DNA from: an uncultured virus (IMG/VR IMGVR_UViG_3300005405_000008)
Taxonomy: Duplodnaviria > Heunggongvirae > Uroviricota > Caudoviricetes
Virus record (IMG/VR): IMGVR_UViG_3300005405_000008
Location: 62,001-122,175 of that record
Direction: 5' to 3' (one strand)
DNA length: 60,175 nucleotides
Shown: one piece after another, positions 59,922 to 60,175 of the stretch
How positions within the stretch are numbered: the stretch's first letter is position 1
How the letters are laid out: every line of letters starts with the position of its first letter
Notes under the pieces: model-generated
Databases searched by the model: none
The model's input: the letters and a program-made list of their open reading frames with translations, nothing else
What the model was told of the DNA's origin: nothing
Position numbers and translations under genes: made by a program

Positions 59922-60175
59922 ATGAATACAGATGTAATGTTTAGTAGCGAAACTGATATGTGGGCAACTCCACAAGATTTCTTTAATAAAATGAGTGAAG
60001 AATTTGATTTTGAATTAGATGTTTGTGCGGTTGAAAGCAATGCAAAGTGTGATAAATATTTTACTCCTGAACAAGATGGATTAAAACAAGAGTGGTTTGG
60101 TGTATGTTGGATGAATCCACCTTACGGAAGAGAGATAGGTAAATGGGTTAAGAAAGCATATGAAACTTGCCACAC
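59922..60175 (+). CDS. dam: Phage DNA N6-adenine methyltransferase, partial
   Basis: WATPQDFF, LDVCA, DGLKQEW, WMNPPYG motifs; runs off the window end. Confidence 0.9.
   Translation, partial: MNTDVMFSSETDMWATPQDFFNKMSEEFDFELDVCAVESNAKCDKYFTPEQDGLKQEWFGVCWMNPPYGREIGKWVKKAYETCH

Larger units (their letters stand above)
1..60175. mobile_element. Part of a large SPbeta-like phage/prophage
   Basis: YonO-like RNAP, HU, YonK-like and YonJ-like genes in SPbeta order; divergent array of small ORFs; no host housekeeping operons. Confidence 0.88.

Noticed and set aside
23291..60040. Minus-strand ORFs in the right arm (e.g. 24722, 30007, 44820, 51340, 59762)
   Set aside because: Antisense to well-supported plus-strand genes; low-complexity translations

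Overview
AT-rich segment of a large SPbeta-like temperate phage or prophage from a Firmicutes host, probably clostridial (inferred from gene content). Left arm (1-19.3 kb, minus strand): YonJ-like (partial), YonK-like, HU, PIN-PhoH and a YonO-type single-subunit RNA polymerase, then a CoiA-like nuclease, an SF1 helicase, a ParB-HNH fusion, a Rep-like protein with iteron-like repeats, an HNH/AP2 endonuclease, tRNA-Thr(UGU) and several structured non-coding RNA candidates. A 1.8 kb non-coding hinge (19.3-21.1 kb) has a sharp compositional switch and a DnaA-box cluster. Right arm (21.1-60.2 kb, plus strand): about 80 mostly small ORFs, including DUF262, DnaN, a BRO antirepressor, an HTH protein, a tyrosine recombinase, SprT, an AEP primase, an MBL hydrolase, an HD protein and a partial Dam methylase, plus a complete IS200/IS605 element (tnpA+tnpB). 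Top leads: (1) a palindromic TCC-N4-AAA-N6-TTT-N4-GGA site at roughly 35 gene junctions of the small-gene array, either cassette recombination sites or operators; (2) a helical protein followed by a ~350-nt structured RNA with about 13 tandem 7-nt repeats; (3) a TnpB element with exact ends and a predicted TATAC TAM; (4) a family of intergenic hairpins with ATAACA loops. All family assignments come from motif recognition by eye; no searches were run.
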